A DNA stretch of 64,000 nt from Nitrospirota bacterium (lineage in GTDB: Bacteria; Nitrospirota; Thermodesulfovibrionia; Thermodesulfovibrionales; JdFR-86): positions 896,001 through 960,000 of the forward strand of contig CAVRJY010000001.1 of assembly GCA_963721805.1 (NCBI GenBank), in the 5' to 3' direction. The position numbers and the translations under genes are program-made. This document shows, piece by piece, positions 28,932 to 39,570 of this stretch (position 1 is the stretch's first letter; each line of letters opens with the position of its first letter). The notes below the pieces were generated by a model. That model saw nothing but the letters and a program-made list of their open reading frames with translations. It searched no databases and was not told the DNA's origin.

Positions 28932-31186
28932 GCCAGCCTCCTGAGCGTTTCAAGGAGGGCCTTCTGGTCAAAGGAAGGTTTTGTTATGTAGGCGTTCGCG
29001 CCTGCCTCCATGCCCCTGCGCCTGTCGAGGTCCGATGCCAGCGATGTCACGAGGATGACTGGCATCTCCCTGTAGCGCTTGTCCTGGCGTAATTTCCCGG
29101 TGAGCGCCAGCCCGTCCATTTTCGGCATCATGATGTCCGAAATGAGCGCGTCATATGGGCCTTCGGCAAGCTTGCCGTATGCATCGAGGCCATCTACGGC
29201 CACGGTGACGTCATACCCCGCCCCTTCGAGGATGCGTTTCATCTGGGTCCTGACCGTCATGCTGTCTTCGGCCACGAGGATCCGCTGCCTGGATTCCGCC
29301 TCACCGGCCGGTTTTTCTCCCAGAGACGGGCCCGCTATCTTTTTGAAGGTCTTTATCAGGTCAAACGGGTTTAAAACCAGACATACCTCTCCGGTGCCGA
29401 GTATCGTCGAACCCGAGATGTTTCTCGCCCGCTTCACTATTGCGCTGTACTGTTTGAGCACTACCTCTTGTTCATCCAGCAGTTCATCGACAAGCAGGCC
29501 GAGGCTGTTGTCCCCCGCAGATACGATGACGCACGGGAGTTTTTCGGGCCGCTGGTCGCGGCGCTTGATAGGCGTGTCCCGCTCTTTCAGCCCAAGGAGG
29601 TCGGCAAGGCCGGCGACCGGGACTGGGGCCTTGTCGAAGACTATCGTCCTGCGCCCCTTGATCGTGAATGCGTCTTTGAGGTTCATGAGGCAGGTCGTCT
29701 GGACATGCTCGACCGAGACAGCGTATTTGATGCCGCTTACCGCCACGATCATCACCCTTGAGGTCACAAGGGTCAATGGCAGCTGGACGCGTATGCTGCA
29801 GCCCCTGTCGGGGGAAGACTCGAAATGCACCGTGCCTTTGAGGCGCTCGGCGTTGGCCCTCACGACATCGAGCCCGACGCCCCTGCCGGAGACGTCCGAT
29901 ACGAAATCGCTCGTCGAGAGCCCTGAGACGAATATGAGGGATTGGACCTGCGACTGGGACATCGATGCAAGCTCGCCCTCATTTGCGATATTCCCTTTCA
30001 GGGCCGCTCGCCTGATCGCATCGGCATCGAGCCCCCGCCCGTCGTCGCTGACCTCGATTATCACGTTGGAAGGCGTCTGAGAGGCCCTTAACGTGACCGT
30101 GCCGGAGCGCGGCTTGTTCTTCCTCAACCGCTCCTCCGGCGTCTCGATACCGTGGTCGACGGCATTCCTGACCATGTGGATAAGGGGGTCCTTCATCTCC
30201 TCTATGATCCGCTTGTCGGCCGGGGTGTCGCCGCCTTCGATTACGAGCGCGACCTCTTTTGAGCTTTCTTTTGCGAGGTCCCTCACCATGCGCTGAAACA
30301 GGTTGAAGATAATCGAGAGGGGCAGGAGCCGAAGCTGGCTGCTGTTGTCCTGAAGCTCCGCAGCCACCAGCGCGAGCCTCGAGCTGTCCTCGTATAACTT
30401 GCCCCTGAAGGCGTTGAGCACCGCGCCGAAGACAGTAATTACCGGCTTGTCGCCCGGTCCCGATGCCGGGAGCTTCCTCGCTATCCCTTCCCACAGCGCC
30501 ATGGCGTCGGTGATGTCCTCGAGCCGCTGGGCGATCCGGTGGCTCGTGACGTTCAACTCGCCCGTCTGAGACATCAGTTTGTCGAGCTTGTGTGTATCGA
30601 CCCGTATCGTATCTATGCGAAAATCACGGATATGCGGCTGATCGGGAACTGGCGCGGAGCCCTCGGGCTGCACGACCGGGGGGTGCGTGCGGCGGGCCGG
30701 GGCCTCCGCGCCTTCTATTCCCGGGGACGAGGGCCGGGGACCGCCTTCTTGCATCTCGGGACCCTGGTCTCCCCGAGCCTGCTCCGCTGACGGGGCGGCG
30801 CCGCTCTCCGGAGCGATCTTCATCCGTTCAAGCACATCAGATACCGTGACGTCGGAGGACTCCCCGTCAAGGGCCTGTCTTATGATATTCCGTATGGCGT
30901 CGAGCCCCTTGCACAGTCCGTCGATGACACCGGAAGACAGCCCCGCAGCGCCGCTCTTTGCGGAGCCGAGGATATCCTCGATGCGGTGCGAGAGCGCCTC
31001 GACGCCTGTCAGGCCAACCATGCGCGCGGCCCCCTTCAGGCTGTGCGCCTCGCGGAACGTATCCTGAAGCACCGCCTGGTTGCCCGGTTCTTTCTCAAGG
31101 CGCAGGAAGCCCTCCTCCAGCCGCTGGATATGCTCAGCGCTCTCGGTCCTGAAAATGTTAATCAGCTCGTCATCGTGTTCGATCAT
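28928..31186 (-). CDS. cheA: Hybrid CheA with a C-terminal receiver (WspE/FrzE type)
   Basis: Hpt AHSLKGAA; HMVRNAVDHGIE; SGRGVGLDVV; CheW domain; C-terminal REC. Confidence 0.95.
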   Translation of the reverse strand: MIEHDDELINIFRTESAEHIQRLEEGFLRLEKEPGNQAVLQDTFREAHSLKGAARMVGLTGVEALSHRIEDILGSAKSGAAGLSSGVIDGLCKGLDAIRNIIRQALDGESSDVTVSDVLERMKIAPESGAAPSAEQARGDQGPEMQEGGPRPSSPGIEGAEAPARRTHPPVVQPEGSAPVPDQPHIRDFRIDTIRVDTHKLDKLMSQTGELNVTSHRIAQRLEDITDAMALWEGIARKLPASGPGDKPVITVFGAVLNAFRGKLYEDSSRLALVAAELQDNSSQLRLLPLSIIFNLFQRMVRDLAKESSKEVALVIEGGDTPADKRIIEEMKDPLIHMVRNAVDHGIETPEERLRKNKPRSGTVTLRASQTPSNVIIEVSDDGRGLDADAIRRAALKGNIANEGELASMSQSQVQSLIFVSGLSTSDFVSDVSGRGVGLDVVRANAERLKGTVHFESSPDRGCSIRVQLPLTLVTSRVMIVAVSGIKYAVSVEHVQTTCLMNLKDAFTIKGRRTIVFDKAPVPVAGLADLLGLKERDTPIKRRDQRPEKLPCVIVSAGDNSLGLLVDELLDEQEVVLKQYSAIVKRARNISGSTILGTGEVCLVLNPFDLIKTFKKIAGPSLGEKPAGEAESRQRILVAEDSMTVRTQMKRILEGAGYDVTVAVDGLDAYGKLAEGPYDALISDIMMPKMDGLALTGKLRQDKRYREMPVILVTSLASDLDRRRGMEAGANAYITKPSFDQKALLETLRRLA

Positions 31187-31238
31187 AACCCTCGCGCCTC
31201 ACAAGGAGTATCCGTCGCCCCCGGTGCGCCACATTCGC

Positions 31239-32690
31239 TCACAGCAGCTGTTTGAGGTTTTCCGCTGCTGTATTGAGCTGCTCGATCCCGGCCTTCGTCT
31301 GAGCAATACCTGAGGCCGTCTCCCTAGCGCCGGTGTTCAGGCCGTTCATGGCCTCCACGATCTGGCCTATCGCCGTAGCCTGCTGCTTTGTATTGAGCAG
31401 GACCTGCTGCACGTTCTCGTATGACGTATTCGAGGCCTCGGACAAGGTGTTGAACAGCTCGCCGACGTTGCGGGTACACGCCGTCACCTCCTCGACCACC
31501 CGGGTGCCTTCCTCGGTCTTGAGTACCGTCGCGTTAGTCGCCTTCTGGATTTCCGAGATGACCGCGTTTGACTGCTCGGCCGATTTCTTGCTCTCGTTTG
31601 CAAGCTTCCTTATCTCGCTTGCGACGACCGCAAAACCCTTTCCGTGCTCACCTGCCCGCGCCGCCTCGACGGCCGCGTTGAGGGCGAGCATGTTTATCTC
31701 GCCCGAGAGGTCCTTGACCATGTTGGCAAGGTTTCCGAGCTGCGCGCTCTGCTCCCCAAGCTGCAGTATCTGGTCCGCTATAGCGCCGACCTTGGTCCCG
31801 AGGTTGTTCATGCCGTCGATCTCCTGCTTGACCAGCACGGTCCCCTCGGACGTGGCGCTCTGCGATTTTTGCGCTGCCTCGGCGGCGCCCGACGCCTGCT
31901 CCGAGGTCTGCATCGAGGAGGAGCCAAGCTCCTGAATCGTGGTGGTCGTCTCGTTGACCATCGAGGCCTGCTGCGACGCGGTCCGTTCATGCTGGCTTAC
32001 CGTGGCCGAGATCTCGCTGGAGATCGAGGACATCGCGCTGATCGCGCTTGCTACGTGCCTTGTGATGCCGTTGGTGATCATCAGACCGATGACTACCGAA
32101 AGGATAAAGGCCAGCGCAACGCCTATTATCAGGGATGTGCTTATGTTTCCGAGCGCCGCCTTCTCATCCCTCCGCGCCGTCTCGAATATCTCGGTCTCGC
32201 GGTTATCAAAGCTGGAAATCATCTTGCTGAGGTCCGCCTGCAGCTGCGTTGCCTCTCCGTTGCGGAAGATTTCGACCGCCCTGGGCTGCTCCCCCAGATC
32301 CACCAGACGGATTAAATTGTTGTTAATCTTGACCAGCTCAGCGATCTTCAGCAATATATTGCCCAGCAGCTCCTTTTGGTTGTTGTCTTTGACTAAAGCG
32401 CTGAGGGCTTGAGAGCTCTCTTCGAGCGCCTTCGCGGTCTCGTCATAGTTGTTGCGCCGCCGGTCATCTTTCAGGATGAGATATCCCCTGGAAAACCGCT
32501 GCAGGTCCGATACGTTGATAATCACTTCATGGGCCTTGTTGATCGTGACGATTTTTTGCTCTGTCTGCATATGCGCCTTTTCATATGTCATTAAACTTCC
32601 ATAAACCACCAGCGAAACGATGACAAACAAAACCAGCGTGACCGAATACCCCAGCAGGATGCGGAACCTTATCTTCTGGTTTCTAAACAT
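31239..32690 (-). CDS. Methyl-accepting chemotaxis protein with a CHASE3-like periplasmic domain
   Basis: Two TM segments; RGYLI motif; [25 protein letters not shown] hairpin. Confidence 0.92.
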   Translation of the reverse strand: MFRNQKIRFRILLGYSVTLVLFVIVSLVVYGSLMTYEKAHMQTEQKIVTINKAHEVIINVSDLQRFSRGYLILKDDRRRNNYDETAKALEESSQALSALVKDNNQKELLGNILLKIAELVKINNNLIRLVDLGEQPRAVEIFRNGEATQLQADLSKMISSFDNRETEIFETARRDEKAALGNISTSLIIGVALAFILSVVIGLMITNGITRHVASAISAMSSISSEISATVSQHERTASQQASMVNETTTTIQELGSSSMQTSEQASGAAEAAQKSQSATSEGTVLVKQEIDGMNNLGTKVGAIADQILQLGEQSAQLGNLANMVKDLSGEINMLALNAAVEAARAGEHGKGFAVVASEIRKLANESKKSAEQSNAVISEIQKATNATVLKTEEGTRVVEEVTACTRNVGELFNTLSEASNTSYENVQQVLLNTKQQATAIGQIVEAMNGLNTGARETASGIAQTKAGIEQLNTAAENLKQLL

Positions 32691-32708
32691 CTTGGCCCTC
32701 CATTCTCG

Positions 32709-33789
32709 CTATGCATCTTCGTTCACTATCAAGCCTTCCCATGAGAGGATTGCCTTAAGGTCCAGCAGCGCCATGAGCCCGCCGCCGAAAGGCACGGCGC
32801 CCTTGACGAACTTGTCGTTGGCGGCCTTCATCGTCGAGGGGACCGCGACGATGTCCTCCGCCCTGAGGTTTATGACGTCGAGTATCTCGTCGACGATTAT
32901 CCCGGCCGGGAAATCGCCCGCGTCTGCTACGATTATTTTTGACGTCTCGCTGATCTTCCCTGCCTGCGCATTGAGCAGGCCGCGTATGTCTATCAGGGTC
33001 AGGACGTTGCCCCGGAGGTTCATGTTGCCAGCGATATGCCGCGGGCAGCACGGCACGGGGGTGAAATTGCGGAGTGCCGAGAACTCTCGCACCGAATCGA
33101 GCTCCACGCAAAGGCCCTCGCCGTTTAGGCTGATAACGACGGCCGGCAATACCCTCCCGGCGTCTCCGCCGCCGGCTGACCCTTCTGAGCTTCGCCGCCC
33201 GCCGCCGAAAGGTCTCCCTTTCCTCTGTAGTGGCCTGAGCACAGAAATATCCGGACGCGCTCCTGGCCGTGTAGGCGCCGGGCGCCGTTTCACTGACAGG
33301 GGAATTTATATCGAGGGTTTTCAGCGGGTCCAGTACCATGAAAATCTCATCCCCGTACCTGACCTTGCCGCTTACGAAGCGCCCCTGGGCCCTGCTCTGA
33401 GCGGTTTCGCAGGGCGGCGGCCCTATATCGCCCTCGGGGATGTCCACGACATCGTGCACATCATTGACGATTATCCCCATCGGTACGATATGGGAGCTCA
33501 GGGCGGGAAGCGGGGAAAGCTGGCCCGCGACCTCAGTCGCCAATTCCGGGAGGCCGAGGACGATGACCTTGTCCGAGCAGCCGTAGCCCTGAGCGGGATG
33601 TCCGAGACGTGCGCTTAAGTCCATCACCGGCATGATCTTCCCCCGTATGTCCGCCATGCCGGCGATGTACGCCGGACACTCCTCGGCCAGGGCAAGCTCG
33701 GGCAGCCGGATTATCTCCCTGACCGCCACGGCCTCGACCGCGAGGAGCAGCCCCTGAAGGCTGAACGTAAGGAAGGACCGGTCCGTCAT
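32709..33789 (-). CDS. cheW: Tandem CheW-CheW protein, +1 frameshift near 33180
   Basis: First CheW (GMADIRGKIMPVMDL) in ORF 32755..33789; second (GNMNLRGNVLTLID) in ORF 32709..33293. Confidence 0.85.
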
Positions 33790-35279
33790 CGCCTGTTCCT
33801 CTCCGCCTGGCCGGCAGGGGTCAAATCCTCATCGGCCTGACCGGCAAGCCGTTCGAGATACCCCAGCAGCTCGCCTGCCGTGATCTCGTAGGGCTTGACC
33901 CGCGCTCCGCAGGGGAGCCGCTTAATGAGTTCAAGCGCCGCGGCGCGGGCCCTTCGGGCGCGCTGGACATCGTTTTGCTTTGCGTATAGCCAGCCGAGTT
34001 CGCAATAGGCGGCGATAAAGCCGGGGTCCAGGTATAGCGCTTTCTTAAGCAGGCCCTTCGCCTCTTCGCCGTCTCCCCCGGCCTCAGCGAGATGGGCGAG
34101 CATAAAATACGGCTCTGCCGCCTCAGGGCTGTTTTCAATCGCCTTTCTGCATGCGGCCTCCGCCTTCCCATAGGCGCCTGAATTCGCGTATGCCTGAGCC
34201 ATGAGGCAAAGCATGACGCTGCTATCCCTGACAGGGTCCGGCTGCCTGTCCGCCATATCGATCGCCTCGGCATACCGGCCGGCCTTTATCAGCGCCTCTA
34301 TCTCGGGTATCGGGTCAACGGGCTCATGCGGTTGAGGTTCAGGGCGCGGGACGGTTGGCTTTGAGGCTTCTCCGGGTTCTTGCCGCTTTATTATTGAGAG
34401 ATGAGTCCTCCTGTGTACTGGTTGCGCCGCCTCCTTCGCGCATTTTTTGAGTATCACGGCCTCGGGGAACGCGAGCTGGCGCATGACCGGGAGTTGCTGC
34501 TCATACAGCTCTCCATGCCCCGAGATAAGATACCCTCCATCGTTTAGCGCGTCACCGAATCTAGCGATGACCTGCGCTACCGCCTCCTTGCTGAAATAGA
34601 TAAAGACGTTCCTGCAGATTATGACGTCCATGTTGCACAGGGCGGGGTCCTTAAAGGCAAGGCCGTCTCCGATCAGGTTCCCATAACGGAATTCGACCAT
34701 CTTCCTTATGCCGTCGTTGAGCTCCCACCCGTCCTGGCGGGTTTTTTTGAAATATCTGTCTTGAATTGCCTTGTCGACCGACCGCAGGGACCACTGAGAA
34801 AATATGCCGCCCCGGGCCTTTGCGAGGGCCTCGTCATTGATGTCGGTGCCGACGATGTATATGTCCCAGCTCACTGGGTCCGGCAAAAGCATGTCAAGGA
34901 CGATGGCGATGGAATAGGGCTCCTCCCCGGTCGAGCAGCCGGCGCTCCAGATCCTGATGGAGCGCTCCGCGTACTTGCGCCTTATCAGCTCCGGGAGGAT
35001 GGTGTTTTGGAGCAGGGAGAAGTGGCCCCTGTCGCGGAAGAAATAGGATTCGCCGGTCGTAACCGCGATAATGAGCGCCTTCCATTGCTTGTTGCCGCCT
35101 TCCGTGTCCGAAGCCAGGAAATTAAGGAAGTCCCCGGGCTCGCCGAACCCGGACCCCTTCATGCAGGACAGTAGGGTCCTGCGGAAGGCCTCGATGTCTT
35201 CCTTGCGGATGCACAGCCCTATGCGGTCCGAGATGAGCTTCACGAACCGTCCGAGCATCTTATCGTCGATGTCCATCAT
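33786..35279 (-). CDS. cheR: CheR methyltransferase with C-terminal TPRs (WspC/FrzF type)
   Basis: GESYFFRD, WSAGCSTGEEPYS and CRNVFIYF motifs; TPR segment KKALYLDP. Confidence 0.93.
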   Translation of the reverse strand: MMDIDDKMLGRFVKLISDRIGLCIRKEDIEAFRRTLLSCMKGSGFGEPGDFLNFLASDTEGGNKQWKALIIAVTTGESYFFRDRGHFSLLQNTILPELIRRKYAERSIRIWSAGCSTGEEPYSIAIVLDMLLPDPVSWDIYIVGTDINDEALAKARGGIFSQWSLRSVDKAIQDRYFKKTRQDGWELNDGIRKMVEFRYGNLIGDGLAFKDPALCNMDVIICRNVFIYFSKEAVAQVIARFGDALNDGGYLISGHGELYEQQLPVMRQLAFPEAVILKKCAKEAAQPVHRRTHLSIIKRQEPGEASKPTVPRPEPQPHEPVDPIPEIEALIKAGRYAEAIDMADRQPDPVRDSSVMLCLMAQAYANSGAYGKAEAACRKAIENSPEAAEPYFMLAHLAEAGGDGEEAKGLLKKALYLDPGFIAAYCELGWLYAKQNDVQRARRARAAALELIKRLPCGARVKPYEITAGELLGYLERLAGQADEDLTPAGQAERNRR

Positions 35280-35455
35280 CTGGCCCCATGCTTCCAAAAC
35301 GTGTAATGCCCATAACACTACTTACCACTTAATTGTGCGCATGTCAAGGGTGTAGATGCCAATAAATACATATAAAACCATGCATGGGATGCACCGGGCC
35401 GAGAGCGGCGCAGGGTCGTCCCGCAACGGGCCCAGCCAGACTGGCGGACGTAAAA

Positions 35456-35492
35456 TCAAACGGACGTTTGACTAATTCAAACGGCAATTTGC
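35456..35492. promoter_or_regulatory. Putative TetR operator pair
   Basis: Palindrome TCAAACG-GA-CGTTTGA (35456-35471) and a degenerate copy TCAAACGGCAATTTGC 21 bp downstream. Confidence 0.65.
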
Positions 35493-35560
35493 TTTATCCG
35501 GCTGCGCGGTGTTATTGTGATAGGTACGCTAAATTCTTGGCGAAGGATGGAAGGCGTCAT

Positions 35561-36196
35561 ATGGCAGGCAGGGAAAAACCGAATCAGCAGGCGGGCGTTA
35601 CTCAGGACACGCCCGGCCGGATCGTCCTTGAGGCGACCCGCCTTTTCGCTGAAAAGGGGTACGACGGGGTCTCGATAAAAGAGATCAGCGATGCCGCCGG
35701 CGTGAACATCGCCGCCGTCAATTACCATTTCGCATCCAAGGCCAATCTCTTCCAGCGGATCATCGAGCAGTTCCTGTCGGAGCTGTTCGTCTCGTCGAGG
35801 AAGGCGCTCCTGCCCCCTCAGAACCATGAGGAATTAAAGGTGCGGCTGGAGGTCTTCGTGAGGCAGACCCTCGAGGCGATGATCAGGCGGCCCGATGTCA
35901 TTACCATCATCCATCGCGAGATGGAGAAAAGCAACGAGGTGTTTCAAAAGACCATCCTCAAGCATCGCGAGGCGCTGATAGATTTTTTGGACCAGGCCAA
36001 AAAGAGCGGCCTTGTCGCGCCTGATGTCGAGCCGTTCTTTGCCGCGGACTTCCTTATGGGGCAGATATCGCATGCCCGGAGAAAGGGCAGGACGAGAGAG
36101 GACCTTTTCGGAAGTTCCGCATCGTCCGTAAGGCTGCGGGAACAATGGATCAGGCAAACGCTCAGGCTGTTTCTCGGTGGAGTAATCAAGGTGTGA
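35561..36196 (+). CDS. TetR/AcrR family regulator
   Basis: LFAEKGYDGVSIKEISDAAGVNIAAVNYHFASK helix-turn-helix. Confidence 0.93.
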   Translation: MAGREKPNQQAGVTQDTPGRIVLEATRLFAEKGYDGVSIKEISDAAGVNIAAVNYHFASKANLFQRIIEQFLSELFVSSRKALLPPQNHEELKVRLEVFVRQTLEAMIRRPDVITIIHREMEKSNEVFQKTILKHREALIDFLDQAKKSGLVAPDVEPFFAADFLMGQISHARRKGRTREDLFGSSASSVRLREQWIRQTLRLFLGGVIKV

Positions 36197-36239
36197 TTGA
36201 ATCGCATCTTTTCGGTGACCGTCTTTAGAAAGGCAGGAA

Positions 36240-37328
36240 GTGTTCATGCAGGAAACCCCTGATCAGGAGTCCGCGCCCTCGGGCCGCGGTGAGTTCAAGA
36301 AGTGGGGCGTCAGGGCCATCGTCGCCGTGTGCGCCATCTCGGCCCTGGCATATGCGACGCCCAAAATCCTTTATTCGTTTTCGCATGAGGGCACCGACGA
36401 CGCCTATATCGACGGCAATGTCGTGCCTATCAGCCCTGAGGTGAAAGGCATGGTCAAGAAGGTGTTCGTGAGCGACAACCAGCCCGTGAAGGCCGGCGAC
36501 GTCCTGGTGGAGATATCGCCTGATGACTATCTCGACCAGGTCCAGGCCCGGCGGGATGCGCTTTCGAGGATGACCGCCGAACAGCAGGAGATCCAGGCCG
36601 CCATCAAGGTCAAGTCGACCGGGCTCGTCCGCGTCAGGGCCGACCTCAGCGCGGCCGAGACAAACGCGGCGCTGGCCGGGAGGGAACTGAAGCGGAGCGA
36701 AGCGCTCATCAGGCAGGGGATTATCTCGCAAAGCAAGTACGACATAGTGCAATCGCGCTGGAAGGCCGCGACCGCTCAAAGGGATGCCGCCAGCGCGGCA
36801 GTGGCCGAGGCCCAGGCATCCATCGAGGGGCTGACCGCCCAGCTCGCGGCCCAGAAATTCAAGATGATGGAGGCGGGCTCGACGCTCGACCTGGCCCGGC
36901 GTGAGCTTGGGCGCACCGAGATCATCGCCCCAGTCGGCGGCAGGATCGCCAAGAAGAACGTGGACGAAGGGAAGTACGTGCAGCCGGGTCAGCCTCTGCT
37001 GTCGATAGTCGACGACACCGACCTGTGGGTCGTCGCGAACTTCAAGGAGACGCAGCTCAACCGCATGAGGCCGGGCCAGCCTGTGGATATCGCGGTCGAT
37101 GCCTACCCGGGCATCACGCTGGCCGGGCATGTGGACAGCTTCCAGTCGGGCACGGGCGCGGTCTTCAGCCTGCTGCCTCCGCAGAACGCGACGGGCAACT
37201 TCGTGAAGGTGGTGCAGCGCGTGCCGGTCAAGATTATTATCGATTCGAAGCCCGATCCCGCCCATCCCCTGCGGCCCGGCCTTTCGGTCTATCCTTCGGT
37301 CGCGACCAAAGAACCAGCAAGACCGTAG
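36240..37328 (+). CDS. emrA: EmrA/HlyD family membrane fusion protein
   Basis: TDDAYIDG, ANFKETQL and FSLLPPQNATGNFVKVVQRVPV motifs. Confidence 0.92.
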   Translation: MFMQETPDQESAPSGRGEFKKWGVRAIVAVCAISALAYATPKILYSFSHEGTDDAYIDGNVVPISPEVKGMVKKVFVSDNQPVKAGDVLVEISPDDYLDQVQARRDALSRMTAEQQEIQAAIKVKSTGLVRVRADLSAAETNAALAGRELKRSEALIRQGIISQSKYDIVQSRWKAATAQRDAASAAVAEAQASIEGLTAQLAAQKFKMMEAGSTLDLARRELGRTEIIAPVGGRIAKKNVDEGKYVQPGQPLLSIVDDTDLWVVANFKETQLNRMRPGQPVDIAVDAYPGITLAGHVDSFQSGTGAVFSLLPPQNATGNFVKVVQRVPVKIIIDSKPDPAHPLRPGLSVYPSVATKEPARP

Positions 37329-37340
37329 CGGGTGACAGGC

Positions 37341-38888
37341 ATGCCTAAGACGGATAAATGGATCGTCACCCTCACCGTCATGGTCGGGACGATCATGGCC
37401 GCCCTCGACGGGAGCATCGTCAACGTCGCGCTGCCATACATGCGCGGCACTCTCGGGGCCTCGGTCGAGGAGATCGCATGGGTGGCGACGGGCTACATCC
37501 TCTCGACGGTCATCATCATGCCAATCGTCGGCATGATAAGCGCCCGATACGGCCGCAAGAATCTTCTCCTGTTCAGCGTCATCGCCTTCACCCTGAGCTC
37601 GATGCTCTGCGGCATGGCCTGGAACCTGACGTCCATGGTCGTATTCCGAATCCTCCAGGGCGTCGGAGGCGGCGTCCTGATCCCGGTCTCGCAGGCGATC
37701 CTCAGGGAGACATTCCCCCCGCATGAGCAGGGGATGGCGATGGGGGTCTACGGGTTCGGCGTGGTCCTTGGGCCCGCGTTCGGCCCGACCCTCGGCGGCT
37801 GGCTCACAGACCATTACTCCTGGCCCTGGATTTTTTTCATCAACGTGCCTGTAGGCATCATCAATATGCTCATGGTCATCCGGTACATCAAGGACCCACC
37901 GTACCTGGTGCGCGAAAAGGGCCGGATCGACATGCTCGGCCTCGGATTCATGACCCTGGGGCTGGGGGCGTTCCAGATCATGCTCGAACGCGGCGAGCGG
38001 GAGGCATGGTTTGAGTCCGATCTGATCACGACGCTCCTGATCGTCTCGGTCGCCGCGATGGCATTGTTCATCTGGCGCGAACTGAGCTGCGACAGGCCGG
38101 CCGTGGACCTCCGCATACTGAAGGATGTCAATTTCGCCTCGGGCTCGCTCATAGGCGGGCTGCTCGGGGTGGGGCTGTACAGCAGCCTTTTCCTCCTGCC
38201 GATGTTCCTGCAGCAGCTGCTCGGCTATCCGGCGCTGGATTCAGGGATAGCCCTGATGCCCAGGAGCCTCGCGATGGCCATCGCCATGCCGCTTGGAGGG
38301 AGGCTTTACAACTCCGCCGGGCCGCGCGTCCTGATCGGGACCGGCCTGATGGTGGCCGCCGTGTCTTTCTATCAGCTTTCGCGCCTCTCGCTGGACATCG
38401 GGTATATGGACATATTGATCCCCCAGTTCCTGCAGGGGCTCGGGTTCGGCCTGATATTTGTGGCACTCAGCACCGCCGCGCTCTCGACGATAGCGAAGAA
38501 GAACATGACCTCGGCCGCGGGGCTCTATAACGTGGTGCGCCAGGTCTTCGCGAGCATCGGGATAGCGCTCGCGGCCTCCCAGCTCACGAAGGCGACGACC
38601 GGCTACCATGCGATGCTCGCTGAAAAAGTGACTCAGTCCGGCACCGCTGCGACAGGCTGGATGCAGGCCGTGACCGGGGCCATGCAGGGTCAGGGCGCCG
38701 ATCCCTCCACCGCCCGCCAGATGGCCCTGACGCTGCTTGACGGGGAGCTTTCCAGCCAGGCGGCCATGATGGCGTATAATCACATATATCTGCTGATCAC
38801 CGGCTTGTTCATAATATCGTTTCCGTTTATATTTCTTCTGAAGACCGGCAAGAAGCAGGCCGGGGCGGCGGAGGTCGTGGTCGAATGA
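37341..38888 (+). CDS. emrB: EmrB/QacA (DHA2) MFS efflux transporter
   Basis: LDGSIVNVALP, FRILQG, GPTLGGWLTD and WPWIFFINVPVG motifs; many TM segments. Confidence 0.93.
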   Translation: MPKTDKWIVTLTVMVGTIMAALDGSIVNVALPYMRGTLGASVEEIAWVATGYILSTVIIMPIVGMISARYGRKNLLLFSVIAFTLSSMLCGMAWNLTSMVVFRILQGVGGGVLIPVSQAILRETFPPHEQGMAMGVYGFGVVLGPAFGPTLGGWLTDHYSWPWIFFINVPVGIINMLMVIRYIKDPPYLVREKGRIDMLGLGFMTLGLGAFQIMLERGEREAWFESDLITTLLIVSVAAMALFIWRELSCDRPAVDLRILKDVNFASGSLIGGLLGVGLYSSLFLLPMFLQQLLGYPALDSGIALMPRSLAMAIAMPLGGRLYNSAGPRVLIGTGLMVAAVSFYQLSRLSLDIGYMDILIPQFLQGLGFGLIFVALSTAALSTIAKKNMTSAAGLYNVVRQVFASIGIALAASQLTKATTGYHAMLAEKVTQSGTAATGWMQAVTGAMQGQGADPSTARQMALTLLDGELSSQAAMMAYNHIYLLITGLFIISFPFIFLLKTGKKQAGAAEVVVE

Positions 38889-39556
38889 CGGGGCCGGAGG
38901 AGGCGCAAATGCAGGGGCATGGGACAACGGTGATCACGATCTCGAGGCAGACGGCGAGCGGTGGGGCTTACGTCGGCCATCTCGTCGCCAAAAAGCTCGG
39001 GTATAAGTACATTGAACGCTCGGTGCTGCACAGCGCGGCCCAGGAGCTGGGGATCGAGATCCCGGCGCTCTCTGCGCAGGATGAGCGGGTATCGGGGTTC
39101 GTCGACAATCTCATGAAGGGCTATGTCTTCGGGACGCCCGAGGCCGCCTATCTGATCCCTTCCCGGCGGCCCGTCTACGACGACGAGCTCTTCGAGGCAG
39201 AGTCCCGCATAATCCGCGAGATCGCCGCGCGGCACGATGCCGTGGTCGTGGGCCACTGCGGTTTCTCTGTGCTGCGCGGGAGGCAGAGGCTGTTGAATGT
39301 CCTTATCCATGCGCCAAAGGAGTTCCGCGCCGAGCGCCTGAAGAAGGTCCACGGGATCCCGGCCGGGCAGGCCCTGGCCGAGTTGGAAGAGTCTGACGGC
39401 CGAAGGGCTAAATACGTCCGCACCATGGCGCATGCCGAGTGGCTTGACGCCACGAATTATCATCTTTCCCTCGATGCCCGGGCAGTGGGGTTTGAGGCTG
39501 CCGCCGGGATGATCATCGAGCTTAAGGAAAAAGTGCTGGTTCCCACCCCGCGATAG
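38885..39556 (+). CDS. Cytidylate kinase-like family protein
   Basis: VITISRQTASGG...AKKLG, VVVGHC and ATNYHLSLD motifs; ATGA overlap with emrB. Confidence 0.82.
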   Translation: MTGPEEAQMQGHGTTVITISRQTASGGAYVGHLVAKKLGYKYIERSVLHSAAQELGIEIPALSAQDERVSGFVDNLMKGYVFGTPEAAYLIPSRRPVYDDELFEAESRIIREIAARHDAVVVGHCGFSVLRGRQRLLNVLIHAPKEFRAERLKKVHGIPAGQALAELEESDGRRAKYVRTMAHAEWLDATNYHLSLDARAVGFEAAAGMIIELKEKVLVPTPR

Positions 39557-39570
39557 GGTCTATCTGACCC

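Noticed and set aside
31198..31234. Mini-ORF MWRTGGDGYSL between the MCP and cheA
   Set aside because: It has no RBS, no coupling to its neighbours and no resemblance to an expected missing gene
36225..37814. 529-aa antisense ORF, and similar ones at 47414..48919 and 50320..51780
   Set aside because: These are shadows of well-supported genes on the opposite strand in GC-rich DNA, with no recognisable motifs
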